Below are positions 7,068-15,326 of a DNA stretch of 38,865 bases, piece by piece. A model generated the notes under the pieces. That model was not told the origin of the DNA, made no database searches, and saw only the letters and a list, made by a program, of their open reading frames with translations. Source of the DNA: Planctomycetota bacterium (GTDB lineage Bacteria; Planctomycetota; GCA-002687715). The stretch covers positions 1 through 38,865 of the forward strand of contig JABSRK010000004.1 of assembly GCA_013213915.1 (NCBI GenBank). Reading direction: 5' to 3'. A program made the translations under genes and the position numbers. The stretch's first letter is position 1. Every line of letters begins with the position of its first letter.

Positions 7068-8171
7068 ATGGCTGACTCCACACAGGAAAAGACCGAGCAG
7101 GCGACCCAGACCAAGCTGGAGGAAGCCTCCGGCCAGGGCCAGGTCCCGTACTCGAAAGAGCTCGTCGCCGCCTTGCTGTTCTTCGTCGTTCTCCTGGCTC
7201 TGCGCTTCACGGGCGAGGCCATGGCCGCTGGATTCCACGGTCTGCTGAAGCGCGCGTTCTCCCTCGAGGACTACAAGCGTGTGGCGGCGGACGGGCTCGG
7301 CAGCCTCGTCGAGGTCAACACCAACGCGTACCTCGACATAGCGATGCCCCTGCTGGCGACGATCTTCGTCGTCGCGGCGCTCGGCGGCTTCCTCCAGATC
7401 GGCTTCACGATCGACCCCAAGCGCCTCCAGCTCCGCTGGGAGAAGCTCAACCCGATCAGCGGGATGAAGCGCCTGGTGTCCTTGCGCAGCGTGTTCACTG
7501 TCGGGCTGTCGATGTTAAAGATGCTCGTGGTCGGCAGCATCGTCTACGTCACCTTGAAAGACCTGATCCCCCGCGCGCGCAACATCGGCGATTCCGGCAT
7601 CGATTCCATCGTGGCCCTCTTCACGGAAACGGTGTTCACGATCGGCCTGCGCGTCGCAGCGGTCCTTCTCTTCCTCGGACTCCTGGACCTCATGTGGCAG
7701 CGATGGCGCCACGGCAAGGACCTGATGATGACCAAGGAGGACGTGAAGGAGGATCGCAAACGCGGCGAGGGCGATCCCCGCGTGAAGGGGCGCATCCGCC
7801 AGATCCAGCGCGAGGTGGCCCGCGCCCGGATGATGCATGACGTCAAGAACGCGAGCGTCGTCATCCGCAACCCGGTGCACTACGCCGTCGCCCTCAAGTA
7901 CGAACCTGGTCAGGATCACGCGCCCAAGGTCCTCGCCAAGGGCCGCAACCTGATCGCGCTCCGCATCATCGATATCGCCCAGGGAAACGGCGTCCCCATT
8001 CGCACCGATCCGCCTCTCGCGCGCCAACTCTACAGGGCTGTGAAGGTCGGGCGCACGGTGCCGGAGGAGCTGTTCCAGGCTGTCGCGAAGGTCATCGCGT
8101 GGGTCTATAGCAAGACAAAGGCAAAGGGACCGCGGACGTCCGCGACTTCCAGTGAGGCCGTCAATGAGTGA
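7068..8171 (+). CDS. flhB: flagellar export switch protein FlhB
   Basis: N-terminal EKTEQATQTKLEEA, four TM segments, and a C-terminal domain with the autocleavage-type motif NPVHYAVAL (variant of NPTH). Confidence 0.92.
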   Translation: MADSTQEKTEQATQTKLEEASGQGQVPYSKELVAALLFFVVLLALRFTGEAMAAGFHGLLKRAFSLEDYKRVAADGLGSLVEVNTNAYLDIAMPLLATIFVVAALGGFLQIGFTIDPKRLQLRWEKLNPISGMKRLVSLRSVFTVGLSMLKMLVVGSIVYVTLKDLIPRARNIGDSGIDSIVALFTETVFTIGLRVAAVLLFLGLLDLMWQRWRHGKDLMMTKEDVKEDRKRGEGDPRVKGRIRQIQREVARARMMHDVKNASVVIRNPVHYAVALKYEPGQDHAPKVLAKGRNLIALRIIDIAQGNGVPIRTDPPLARQLYRAVKVGRTVPEELFQAVAKVIAWVYSKTKAKGPRTSATSSEAVNE

Positions 8172-10287
8172 CCAGCGCATCAAGCTACCCAAGCTCCCGG
8201 AGACCGGCTTCATCGGTCGGAACTCCGACTTGTTCCTCGCGGCCGGCATGCTCGGCGTGTTGTTCGTGCTGCTCGTGCCGCTGCCGTCGTTCATTCTCGA
8301 CTTCGCGATCACGATCAACCTCTCCTGCGCGTTGATGATCTTGATCATCACGTTGACAGTTCGGGAGCCGCTCGAGTTCAGCACGTTCCCGTCGCTGCTC
8401 CTGTTCACGACGCTGTATCGACTGGCGTTGAACGTCGCATCGACCAGGTTGATCTTGCTGAACGGCGACGCGGGCGACGTGATTCGCGCATTCGGTGACT
8501 TCGTCGTCGGAGGAGAGCTCCTCGTCGGTCTCGTGATCTTCCTGATCCTCGTCGTCATCCAGTTCATCGTGATCACGAAGGGCTCGAACCGCATCAGCGA
8601 GGTCGCGGCGCGCTTCACCCTGGATGGCATGCCCGGCAAGCAGATGGCGATCGACGCCGACCTGAACGCCGGCATGATCACCGAGGAGCAGGCACGTGAA
8701 CGCCGGGACGCGATCACTTCGGAAGCCGAGTTCTACGGAGCCATGGACGGCGCGGGGAAGTTCGTCCGCGGTGACAGCATCGCTGGCTTGATCATCACGC
8801 TGGTGAATATCATCGGCGGCGTCGCGGTCGGGATGACGAAGGATCTCGCCGTCACCGACGCGCTTCAGAAATACGCCGTCCTGACCGTGGGTGACGGCCT
8901 CGTGTCACAGATCCCCGCGCTGATCATCGCAATCGCGTCGGGTGTCCTCGTGACGAAGAGCCGCAGCAACGTCCCTCTGGCCCGCGAGGTGGCTGGGCAG
9001 TTCCTCCTGAGCCCCAAGGCGATGCGAATCGCGGGCTTCATGGTGCTGAGCTTTGCGATCATGCCTGGTCTCCCCGCCATGCCATTCGCGATCCTCGGGA
9101 TCTTGATCATCGGACTGTCACGCATCGGCGGACGGTTGGTGAGCGCCCTCACCGCGCCGCGACCGGAGGAGGACCTGGCCGACCCGGAGACCGCCGCCGA
9201 ACTGACGCCCGAAGCTCTCACCGAGCTGTTGAGGATCGACCGCATGGGGATCGAGATCGGCTACCGGTTGATCCCGCTCGTCGACGAGTCGAGATCCGGC
9301 AACCTGCTCGACCACATCGCCATGGTCAGGAAGCAATTCGCACAGCAGTACGGCCTGGTCGTGCCCCCCATCCGCATGCGCGACAACCTGACGCTGCAAC
9401 CGAACCGCTACCGCATCCTGCTCGGTGGGCAGGAAGTCGCGACCGGCGAGCTGTATCCCGAACACGTGCTGGCCATGGACCCCAGCGGCGGACTCGATGA
9501 GATCCCCGGCGTGAAGACCGAGGACCCCACGTTCGGCCTGCCGGCGACCTGGGTTTCCGACAAGCACAAGAGCGAGGCCGAGATGCTCGGCTACACGGTC
9601 GTCGATCCCGAATCCGTCATGGTCACCCACCTCACCGAGATCGTGAAGGAGCACGCCGACGAGCTGCTCTCCCGCGAGGACGTCCAGAAGGCCCTGGATC
9701 GCGTGAAGGAGACCAACCCGACCGTCGTGAACGAACTGGTCCCCGACGTCCTAGGAATCGGCGTCGTCCAGAGGGTGCTCAAGAACCTGCTTCGCGACCG
9801 CATCCCGATCCGCAACATGGTCGCGATCCTCGAGACCCTGTCCGACGCAGGCGCCGAACAGAAGGACCCCGACCAGCTCACCGAACTCGTACGGGCGCGC
9901 CTGTCTCGCACCATCGCCGAAATCTGCTCGGCCCCTTCAGGGAAGATCGAGGCCCTCACGCTCGCGCCCACCCTCGAGCAAGAAGCCCTCCAGACCCTCG
10001 TTGCCCCGACCGACGGCAACCCGCAGAACGGCGCCGCCCTCCTCCACCGCATGCAGGAGGCCATCTGTTCGAGTTGGCAGCGGGCACAGAGCAACGGCCA
10101 CGAGCCGGTGCTGCTCGTACGTGCGCCTCTACGCAGGCACCTGTCCGAGCTGCTCCGTGCCCTGAAGCCCCCGATCCCGGTCCTTGCGTACGGCGAGGTC
10201 CTCAAGGCGCAGGGGGTTGATGCGGTCGGGCTGGTCGAACTCGAGACCCCCCAACCCGAGACGACCGAACACGCAACTGTCGGATGA
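8164..10287 (+). CDS. flhA: flagellar export gate protein FlhA
   Basis: FHIPEP family signature (RFTLDGMPGKQMAIDADLNAG..ITEEQARERR) and a large cytoplasmic C-terminal domain. ATG 8164 overlaps the flhB stop (ATGAGTGA). Confidence 0.92.
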   Translation: MSDQRIKLPKLPETGFIGRNSDLFLAAGMLGVLFVLLVPLPSFILDFAITINLSCALMILIITLTVREPLEFSTFPSLLLFTTLYRLALNVASTRLILLNGDAGDVIRAFGDFVVGGELLVGLVIFLILVVIQFIVITKGSNRISEVAARFTLDGMPGKQMAIDADLNAGMITEEQARERRDAITSEAEFYGAMDGAGKFVRGDSIAGLIITLVNIIGGVAVGMTKDLAVTDALQKYAVLTVGDGLVSQIPALIIAIASGVLVTKSRSNVPLAREVAGQFLLSPKAMRIAGFMVLSFAIMPGLPAMPFAILGILIIGLSRIGGRLVSALTAPRPEEDLADPETAAELTPEALTELLRIDRMGIEIGYRLIPLVDESRSGNLLDHIAMVRKQFAQQYGLVVPPIRMRDNLTLQPNRYRILLGGQEVATGELYPEHVLAMDPSGGLDEIPGVKTEDPTFGLPATWVSDKHKSEAEMLGYTVVDPESVMVTHLTEIVKEHADELLSREDVQKALDRVKETNPTVVNELVPDVLGIGVVQRVLKNLLRDRIPIRNMVAILETLSDAGAEQKDPDQLTELVRARLSRTIAEICSAPSGKIEALTLAPTLEQEALQTLVAPTDGNPQNGAALLHRMQEAICSSWQRAQSNGHEPVLLVRAPLRRHLSELLRALKPPIPVLAYGEVLKAQGVDAVGLVELETPQPETTEHATVG

Positions 10288-10366
10288 TGCGACGGTCCCA
10301 CACACACATTCCCAGGTCGCATGAACGCCCCTCAGTCCCAAACCTCTTCCGTGCCGAAAGATCTGA

Positions 10367-10678
10367 ATGAGAAGCGATAGCGCTTCGTCGTCCGTCATCA
10401 TGGGAAAGAACAGAAAGAACCCGACCGAGCCGCCGAACCTGCCGCGCGCTGTGTCGCGCCTTCTGGGTGCCTGGCTCGGATCGTTCGCGCTCGCGGTGAC
10501 CTACGTCACAGCCGTGCTGTCCAGCGTCGGTGCACCCACAGCGCTCATGCGTGCATGCATCGCCTGGGCCCTCTTCTTCACCCTCGGACGTGTGATCGGT
10601 TGGATTGCGGGGCGACTGTTCGAGTCGTCGCTGCGTGAGGACGCGCCCTCCGGCGCCGATGTCGAGGTAGCAGCGTGA
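10367..10678 (+). CDS. small membrane protein of unknown function (2 TM helices)
   Basis: ORF with GC3 bias whose stop overlaps the fliA GTG start (GTGA). It occupies the position where flhF/flhG are found in many clusters. Its start is uncertain (10367 or 10400). Confidence 0.5.
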   Translation: MRSDSASSSVIMGKNRKNPTEPPNLPRAVSRLLGAWLGSFALAVTYVTAVLSSVGAPTALMRACIAWALFFTLGRVIGWIAGRLFESSLREDAPSGADVEVAA

Positions 10679-11436
10679 CCAGGAACCCGATCGAAGCCTA
10701 CAGCGCGCGCGGACCTGGGCACGACGACCGGCAGAAGCTCATCGAGGAGTTTCTCCCCCTCGTCCATCACGTCCTCGGCCGCTTGCCGCTGCACCTCCCC
10801 GTGACCCTCGACAGGGAGGACCTGTTCGAAGTCGGCGTGCTCGGTCTCATCAACGCCGCCGATTCGTACAACCCAGCCAAGGGCGCAGCGTTCAAGACGT
10901 ACGCCTATCTGAACATCCGCGGCGCGATCCTCGACGAGATCCGCAAACACGACGTCGTGCCCCGAAGCCGCCGCGACCGCATGCGACTGATTGGCGAGAC
11001 CGAGGCTCGTCTCGAAGACCAGTTGGGACGCCCGGCGACTCCCGAGGAGATCGCCGAGGACGCGGACCTCACCATCGGGCAGGTCGAGGACGCCCTGGTC
11101 CATGCGCACGGAGCGTCCGTGGTTTCCCTCGACGAGCCCACGGGTGGCGCGGAGGACGCGGGCGGTGGTCTGATCCAGTGCCTGCGGATGCCGGACAGCC
11201 CGGATCCGTCGGATGTCGCCGAGCGCAACGAGCTCAAGGTCGCCCTCACAGAAGCCATCCAGGAGCTTCCTGAGCGCGAGCGCCACATCGTCCTGCTCTA
11301 CTACGCAGAGGGGTTGCGGTTGAAGGAAATCGGTGCCGTTCTCGGTGTCACCGAGTCCCGTGTCTCGCAGTTGCACGCGCGGGCCATTTTCAGGCTGAAC
11401 AAGTCCATCTGCAGCGACCGGACCGAGACCCACTGA
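10675..11436 (+). CDS. fliA: flagellar sigma factor FliA (sigma-28)
   Basis: Region 2 (LIEEFLPLVHHVL...DLFEVGVLGLINAADSYNPAKGAAFKTYAYLNIRGAILDEIR) and region 4 (ERERHIVLLYYAEGLRLKEIGAVLGVTESRVSQLHARAI) are typical of the FliA/WhiG group. Confidence 0.9.
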   Translation: MTRNPIEAYSARGPGHDDRQKLIEEFLPLVHHVLGRLPLHLPVTLDREDLFEVGVLGLINAADSYNPAKGAAFKTYAYLNIRGAILDEIRKHDVVPRSRRDRMRLIGETEARLEDQLGRPATPEEIAEDADLTIGQVEDALVHAHGASVVSLDEPTGGAEDAGGGLIQCLRMPDSPDPSDVAERNELKVALTEAIQELPERERHIVLLYYAEGLRLKEIGAVLGVTESRVSQLHARAIFRLNKSICSDRTETH

Positions 11437-11443
11437 GCAACCC

Positions 11444-11704
11444 ATGAGACGCGCCAGAATCTTGAAAGCTGCTGAAATTCGACTCGGCGAGGCACGCCCG
11501 CTGGGCTTCGAAAGGGCGTTCCCGTCGACGTCGAACCGGACACGGGACGACGAGATCGAAGTCGTCCTGCGCCCCGCAGGCGACCTCGTGGAAGCGATCG
11601 AGGTGACCTGCCCGTGCGGTCGCACGACCGAGGTCGAGTGCCTGTACGACGCCCTCGAGACCGAGAACCAGACCGAACCGTCTACACCCGTCCAGGAAGA
11701 CTGA
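11444..11704 (+). CDS. small hypothetical protein with C-x-C-x7-C motif, 7 nt downstream of fliA
   Basis: 86-aa ORF with GC3 roughly 80 percent by hand count. No SD is visible, so re-initiation after the fliA stop is plausible. Sequence includes ...IEVTCPCGRTTEVECLYD... Confidence 0.5.
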   Translation: MRRARILKAAEIRLGEARPLGFERAFPSTSNRTRDDEIEVVLRPAGDLVEAIEVTCPCGRTTEVECLYDALETENQTEPSTPVQED

Positions 11705-11721
11705 GAGCCGGGAGGAAAAAC

Positions 11722-12165
11722 ATGCGTCTACTTGCTGTCATGATCGTCGCTAGCCTCGTCGTCGGATGCAGTTCGACGGCCGTCGATCCTCCGAAGCGTC
11801 CTCTCCGAGCGGAGGGCACGGGATATCTGGAGGACGGCCCCACCGTCGGCATCGACTCGAAGCCACCCAAGAACACGACGCTTCGGATGCTGGACGAGAA
11901 AATCAAGGAAAACACCCGGCTCAAGACGCGTCTCGAAGCGGCGGAGGGCGCGCGCGCCGAAGCCGAGCGGCGCACCTCCGAGAGCGAAGCGGCTGCCGGT
12001 CGGCAAAGCCGTCGTATTGAAGAACTGGAGCGACTCCTCGCCCATCAGGCCGAGGAGAACAGAGATCTTCTGGACGAACTGCTGAAGGCGCGCATCATGC
12101 GTCTGCGCATGGAACGGCAGATGCTGCAGACCAAACTCGCGGACCTGGCGGACGAGAAGAAGTGA
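11722..12165 (+). CDS. coiled-coil lipoprotein
   Basis: GGAGG SD lies 6-10 nt before ATG 11722. The signal peptide has a lipobox (LVVGC). The rest is charged heptad-like sequence (RLEAAEGARAEAERR...LERLLAHQAEENRDLLDELL). Confidence 0.65.
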   Translation: MRLLAVMIVASLVVGCSSTAVDPPKRPLRAEGTGYLEDGPTVGIDSKPPKNTTLRMLDEKIKENTRLKTRLEAAEGARAEAERRTSESEAAAGRQSRRIEELERLLAHQAEENRDLLDELLKARIMRLRMERQMLQTKLADLADEKK

Positions 12166-12803
12166 TGGCTCGCATCATCGTTCTGGTATTCGGGGCGCTC
12201 GCCCTCGCGAGCTGCAGCGTCGTGGGGCACTACCTCGGTGAACCGACGCCCAAGCCTGTCACGGTCGCAGTGTCGTACCGCTCGCCGACCGTGGACGGAC
12301 ACAAGATCCGGCGCGTCGCCGTGCTGCCGTTCCGCGATGACACGGTGCACCCGGAGCACGCCGCCGGCGTGCAGCGCGCGTTCGTCGATGCGCTGAATCG
12401 TCGGCAGGCATTCGAAGTCATCGAGATCGGGTACGACGATCTGAACGCCCGTGAAGAGCAGGCCTATTTCCGCGGGGGACTGGTCGCGAAGGCCACGCTC
12501 ATGCGCCTCTCCAAGACATACAACGCGGACGGCGTCATCTACGGAGTCGTCACGCGCTACCGCGCATACGAGCCGATGGCGATCGGTATCCGCATCTCGC
12601 TCGCTTCCGCTGGCGCGGGGGACCTCGTCTGGGAAGCAAACGGTCTGTTCGACGCCGCCGAGGCACTGGTCGTGCAGGACGTACACAACTGGTACGACAC
12701 GCAGGCCGACCGCTCCGATCACCTCGAACGGTGGCGCAGCGTGCTCATGTCACCGAACCGCTTCAGCGCGTACGCCTGCTCCCGCATCGTGGACACCTGG
12801 TAG
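12165..12803 (+). CDS. lipoprotein, DUF799/PelC/LpoB-like pattern (VAVLPF...ADGVIYGVV)
   Basis: Start overlaps the previous stop (TGATG). Signal peptide has a lipobox (LALASC). The VAVLPFRDDT and NADGVIYGVVTRY blocks resemble small outer-membrane-associated lipoprotein families; that assignment is from memory. Confidence 0.6.
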   Translation: MARIIVLVFGALALASCSVVGHYLGEPTPKPVTVAVSYRSPTVDGHKIRRVAVLPFRDDTVHPEHAAGVQRAFVDALNRRQAFEVIEIGYDDLNAREEQAYFRGGLVAKATLMRLSKTYNADGVIYGVVTRYRAYEPMAIGIRISLASAGAGDLVWEANGLFDAAEALVVQDVHNWYDTQADRSDHLERWRSVLMSPNRFSAYACSRIVDTW

Positions 12804-12813
12804 CCCCGTTATC

Positions 12814-12834
12814 CTACCGGGCAAGATCCGGTAG
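12814..12834. terminator. hairpin CTACCGG-N7-CCGGTAG between convergent genes
   Basis: Perfect 7-bp stem at 12814-12820 / 12828-12834 between the lipoprotein gene (+) and tyrA-like gene (-). There is no U tract on either side. Confidence 0.3.
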
Positions 12835-12859
12835 ATGAGCGCCCGCCGCCGCTGGAGGG

Positions 12860-13915
12860 TCACTCCCGCGGGGCGAGTCCTGACGACCGCACGACCGCTG
12901 CGAAGACACCGGCAATGGCGTCTTCGTCCAGGTCGTGCTGTGCTGCCCACGCGCGGCGTTCCTCCAGCAGCGCGCTCTCCAAGGTCGCATCACGTTCCGA
13001 CTCAGGACCCTGCGCGCTGGTCCGGTGGGCGCGGCGAGCGATCTGCGCCCGTCGGGCGAGCAAGCGCATCAACTCGCGGTCGCATTCATCAATGAGGTCC
13101 TTCGGTTCGCGCATCTCGGGAGCCCGGCCCCCAAGGTCGGGAATCCCGAAGGCGTCGGCGTCCTCGGGAGGCGTCTCTCCCCAGTTTTCGATTTGTTCGT
13201 GCGCGTGACCGAGGGCGTCGAGGAACGCCCGGCGTGCTTCTGACGAATAGCCGTTGTCCCGTTGAATAGTGAAGAACAGGTGGCCTGCATCGCTGCGGAC
13301 CGCCTCAATGGTGCGCGCCATGGCCTGAAACGACGGCGGCGCGAACGGCAGCTCGTCGCCGGCCCCCATGTCCAGCAGGCCCTTGGCGACGAAGAAGGCC
13401 AGGGCGTGGGTCTGCGCCATCACGCGATCGTGGGTGGCTGCGTCCTGCCCCATGACCTCGCATCCGATGGTCTCGTAGAGGCGGCGAACCGCGTCGGTAG
13501 CCTCTGGTTGGAGCGAGTTCGGACAGACCACCACGCGGAGCGGACGTTCGCCCAGCGCGATGCTCGACGGTCCGAAGAGCGGGTGGGTGGCGACCCAGGG
13601 CACCGCATCGCCCAGCGCCCGCGTCATCTCAGTGACGGGTGCTTCCTTGACGCTCGCCACGTCGATCACCACGTGGTTGGGCCCGAGGTGCGGTCGAAGC
13701 GCGCGCAACGCCCCCTCGAATGCGCCCACGGGTGTCGCGAGAAAGACGAACTGCGCCTCGGCCACAAGCTCTGCAAGGCCGTCGGCCCGACGTGGCTCTG
13801 GCACCGTAACGCGGGAGTCCAGGGCACGGACCGGAAACCCGGCCTCCTCAACAAGCTGCGCAAGGGCACTTCCGAACCGGCCATAGCCCAGGATTGCGAC
13901 ACCGCTCCGGTCCAT
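12860..13915 (-). CDS. tyrA: prephenate dehydrogenase with C-terminal AroQ-type chorismate mutase domain
   Basis: ATG 13915 gives MDRSGVAILGYGRFGSALAQLV (Rossmann GxGxxG). The C-terminus LIDECDRELMRLLARRAQIARRAH...LLEERRAWAAQHDL resembles chorismate mutase type II. The upstream extension of ORF 12860..14164 is Arg/Gly-rich and non-protein-like. Confidence 0.75.
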   Translation of the reverse strand: MDRSGVAILGYGRFGSALAQLVEEAGFPVRALDSRVTVPEPRRADGLAELVAEAQFVFLATPVGAFEGALRALRPHLGPNHVVIDVASVKEAPVTEMTRALGDAVPWVATHPLFGPSSIALGERPLRVVVCPNSLQPEATDAVRRLYETIGCEVMGQDAATHDRVMAQTHALAFFVAKGLLDMGAGDELPFAPPSFQAMARTIEAVRSDAGHLFFTIQRDNGYSSEARRAFLDALGHAHEQIENWGETPPEDADAFGIPDLGGRAPEMREPKDLIDECDRELMRLLARRAQIARRAHRTSAQGPESERDATLESALLEERRAWAAQHDLDEDAIAGVFAAVVRSSGLAPRE

Positions 13916-14256
13916 CCTCAGACCCCAGGCACCCCGGCCTTCCGGAAGTGTGGCTCCAGGGAAAGGCCAAGACCGCGTGCGCGGTTTCTCGGTGCATGGC
14001 TTCGCGAAATCGGACCGCGAACCCGCCAGATCGCCATCTTCGGCCCCGTCATCGCGGGAATTGTATCCCCGAATCCGAGACCCGGGACGGCGCGCGCGCC
14101 TCGATCCCGTCGCCTCACGCCTCCGCCGCGCAAACAAGAGCGGGGCCGGCGCGCCCCTACGCACCGGCCCCTGACGAGCGAGTCGCCTCTATCGGATCAG
14201 GACGCCGGAGCCCCCGTGGGGCCCCGACACAATGGGGGAAAAACGGCCCTCGTCGC

Positions 14257-15078
14257 CTACAGCAGCGACAGAGCGATGGCGGGCTGCGAGTTCGCCTGGG
14301 CGAGGATCGACAGCGCCGACTGCTGGAGAATGTTGTTCTTGGTCAGCGCCGCCGTCTCCCTCGCGACATCCACGTCCACGATCCGGGAGTTCGCCGCGGC
14401 GAGGTTCTCGGACCGGAACATGAGCGACGAGACCGTCGTCTGGAGGCGGTTCTGAACAGCGCCGAAGTCGCCGCGAACTGAGGTGACCGTGTCGAGGGCG
14501 ACGTCCAGCGACGCGATCGCGGAAGACGCATTCGAGACGCTCGTGATGGACGCCGACGAGAGCGTCAAGGCACTCGCCGTGACGTCGACCGTGGACACGT
14601 CCAGCGTATCGACACCGGCGCGGGTGTCGGCGCCGACCTGCAGCCTCAAGCTGGCGGTCGAGTCCAGCAGCCTGATGCCGTTGAAGGTCGTGCTGGCGGC
14701 GATCTGGTCGATCGAGCTCGCGAGCTGCGTGAACTCTGCGTCCAGGTTGTTCCGGTCTGCGGTCGACAAGGTGCCGTTGCTGGCCTGAACAGCCAGCTCA
14801 CGCATCCGCACCAGGGACGACTCGATCTCAGCGAGGCCGCCCTCGGCCGTCTGCACGAGGCTGACGCCGTCGTTCGCGTTGCGAACGGCCGCATCCAGGC
14901 TGCGAACCTGCGCGTTCAATCGAGCCGAGATCGCGAGGCCTGCCGCATCATCGGCAGCACTGGCGATACGCCGACCGGTCGAAAGACGGGCGAAGTTGCC
15001 GTTGAGCGCGTTGGTGGCGCGCAAAAGGTTGCGTTGGGCAGTCAGCGACTGCACGTTAGTTCCGACCCTCAGTCCCAT
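14257..15078 (-). CDS. fliC: flagellin (short, 273 aa, D0/D1 only)
   Basis: Conserved flagellin termini: N-terminus MGLRVGTNVQSLTAQRNLLRATNALNGNFARLSTGRRIASAADDAAGLAISARL and C-terminus TKNNILQQSALSILAQANSQPAIALSLL. An AGGAG SD lies 8 nt upstream. Confidence 0.92.
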   Translation of the reverse strand: MGLRVGTNVQSLTAQRNLLRATNALNGNFARLSTGRRIASAADDAAGLAISARLNAQVRSLDAAVRNANDGVSLVQTAEGGLAEIESSLVRMRELAVQASNGTLSTADRNNLDAEFTQLASSIDQIAASTTFNGIRLLDSTASLRLQVGADTRAGVDTLDVSTVDVTASALTLSSASITSVSNASSAIASLDVALDTVTSVRGDFGAVQNRLQTTVSSLMFRSENLAAANSRIVDVDVARETAALTKNNILQQSALSILAQANSQPAIALSLL

Positions 15079-15105
15079 GTGGACGTCTCCTCTTTCAGGA
15101 GTCCG
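15079..15105 (-). promoter_or_regulatory. fliC leader hairpin pairing the SD (AGGAG) with CUCCU, GAAAG loop; two GGA motifs
   Basis: The minus-strand RNA reads CGGACUCCUGAAAGAGGAGACGUCCAC-AUG. CUCCU/AGGAG form 5 bp and flanking GGA/UCC add 3 bp. Confidence 0.35.
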
Positions 15106-15214
15106 GGCGCATCCAACCGTTGCCTGGACGGTGGCGAGGGGAGCGCTTCCAACTCACTACGCAACACTCTGCGAACCGACGTGAACCGCCGGTCCAATCT
15201 GACTCACAGACTGT

Positions 15215-15242
15215 CTATCGATCCGACAGTGTCGTGACTTTA
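15215..15242 (-). promoter_or_regulatory. sigma-28 (FliA) type promoter for fliC
   Basis: The minus strand reads CTAAAGTCA-N12-ATCGATAG versus the consensus TAAAGTTT-N11-GCCGATAA. It lies about 130 nt upstream of the fliC ATG. Confidence 0.5.
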
Positions 15243-15282
15243 GACAGCTCGTCGTCGATTCGGCACGCTCGCAAAGACGCTC

Positions 15283-15326
15283 GCGCGACAAAGAAAGAAC
15301 GACTCCGACAGCAAGCTGTCGCAGTC
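15283..15326 (-). terminator. rho-independent terminator (minus strand) just upstream of the fliC promoter
   Basis: 26-nt imperfect palindrome GACTCCGACAGCAAGCTGTCGCAGTC at 15301-15326, with a 7-bp core stem plus 4 further bp. On the minus strand it is followed by GUUCUUUCUUUGUC. Confidence 0.55.

Noticed and set aside
7869-7880. FlhB autocleavage motif reads NPVH instead of the canonical NPTH.
   Set aside because: The Asn-Pro scissile pair and the His are retained. A single substitution at the third position is a minor variant and gives no evidence of altered function.
12860-13915. Prephenate dehydrogenase with the chorismate mutase domain at the C-terminus (the reverse of the E. coli T-protein order), splitting the flagellar cluster.
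   Set aside because: This is a housekeeping aromatic amino-acid biosynthesis gene. The domain order is a known type of variation, and nothing links it functionally to the flanking flagellar genes.
13916-14256. 340-bp spacer between tyrA and the fliC 3' end, containing ORFs 13918..14133(-) and 13950..14174(+) and an imperfect GGAGCCCC-CGT-GGGGCCCC hairpin.
   Set aside because: The ORF translations are Arg/Pro/Gly-rich and not coding-like. The hairpin has a mismatch and no U tract, so I could not support a terminator or gene call.
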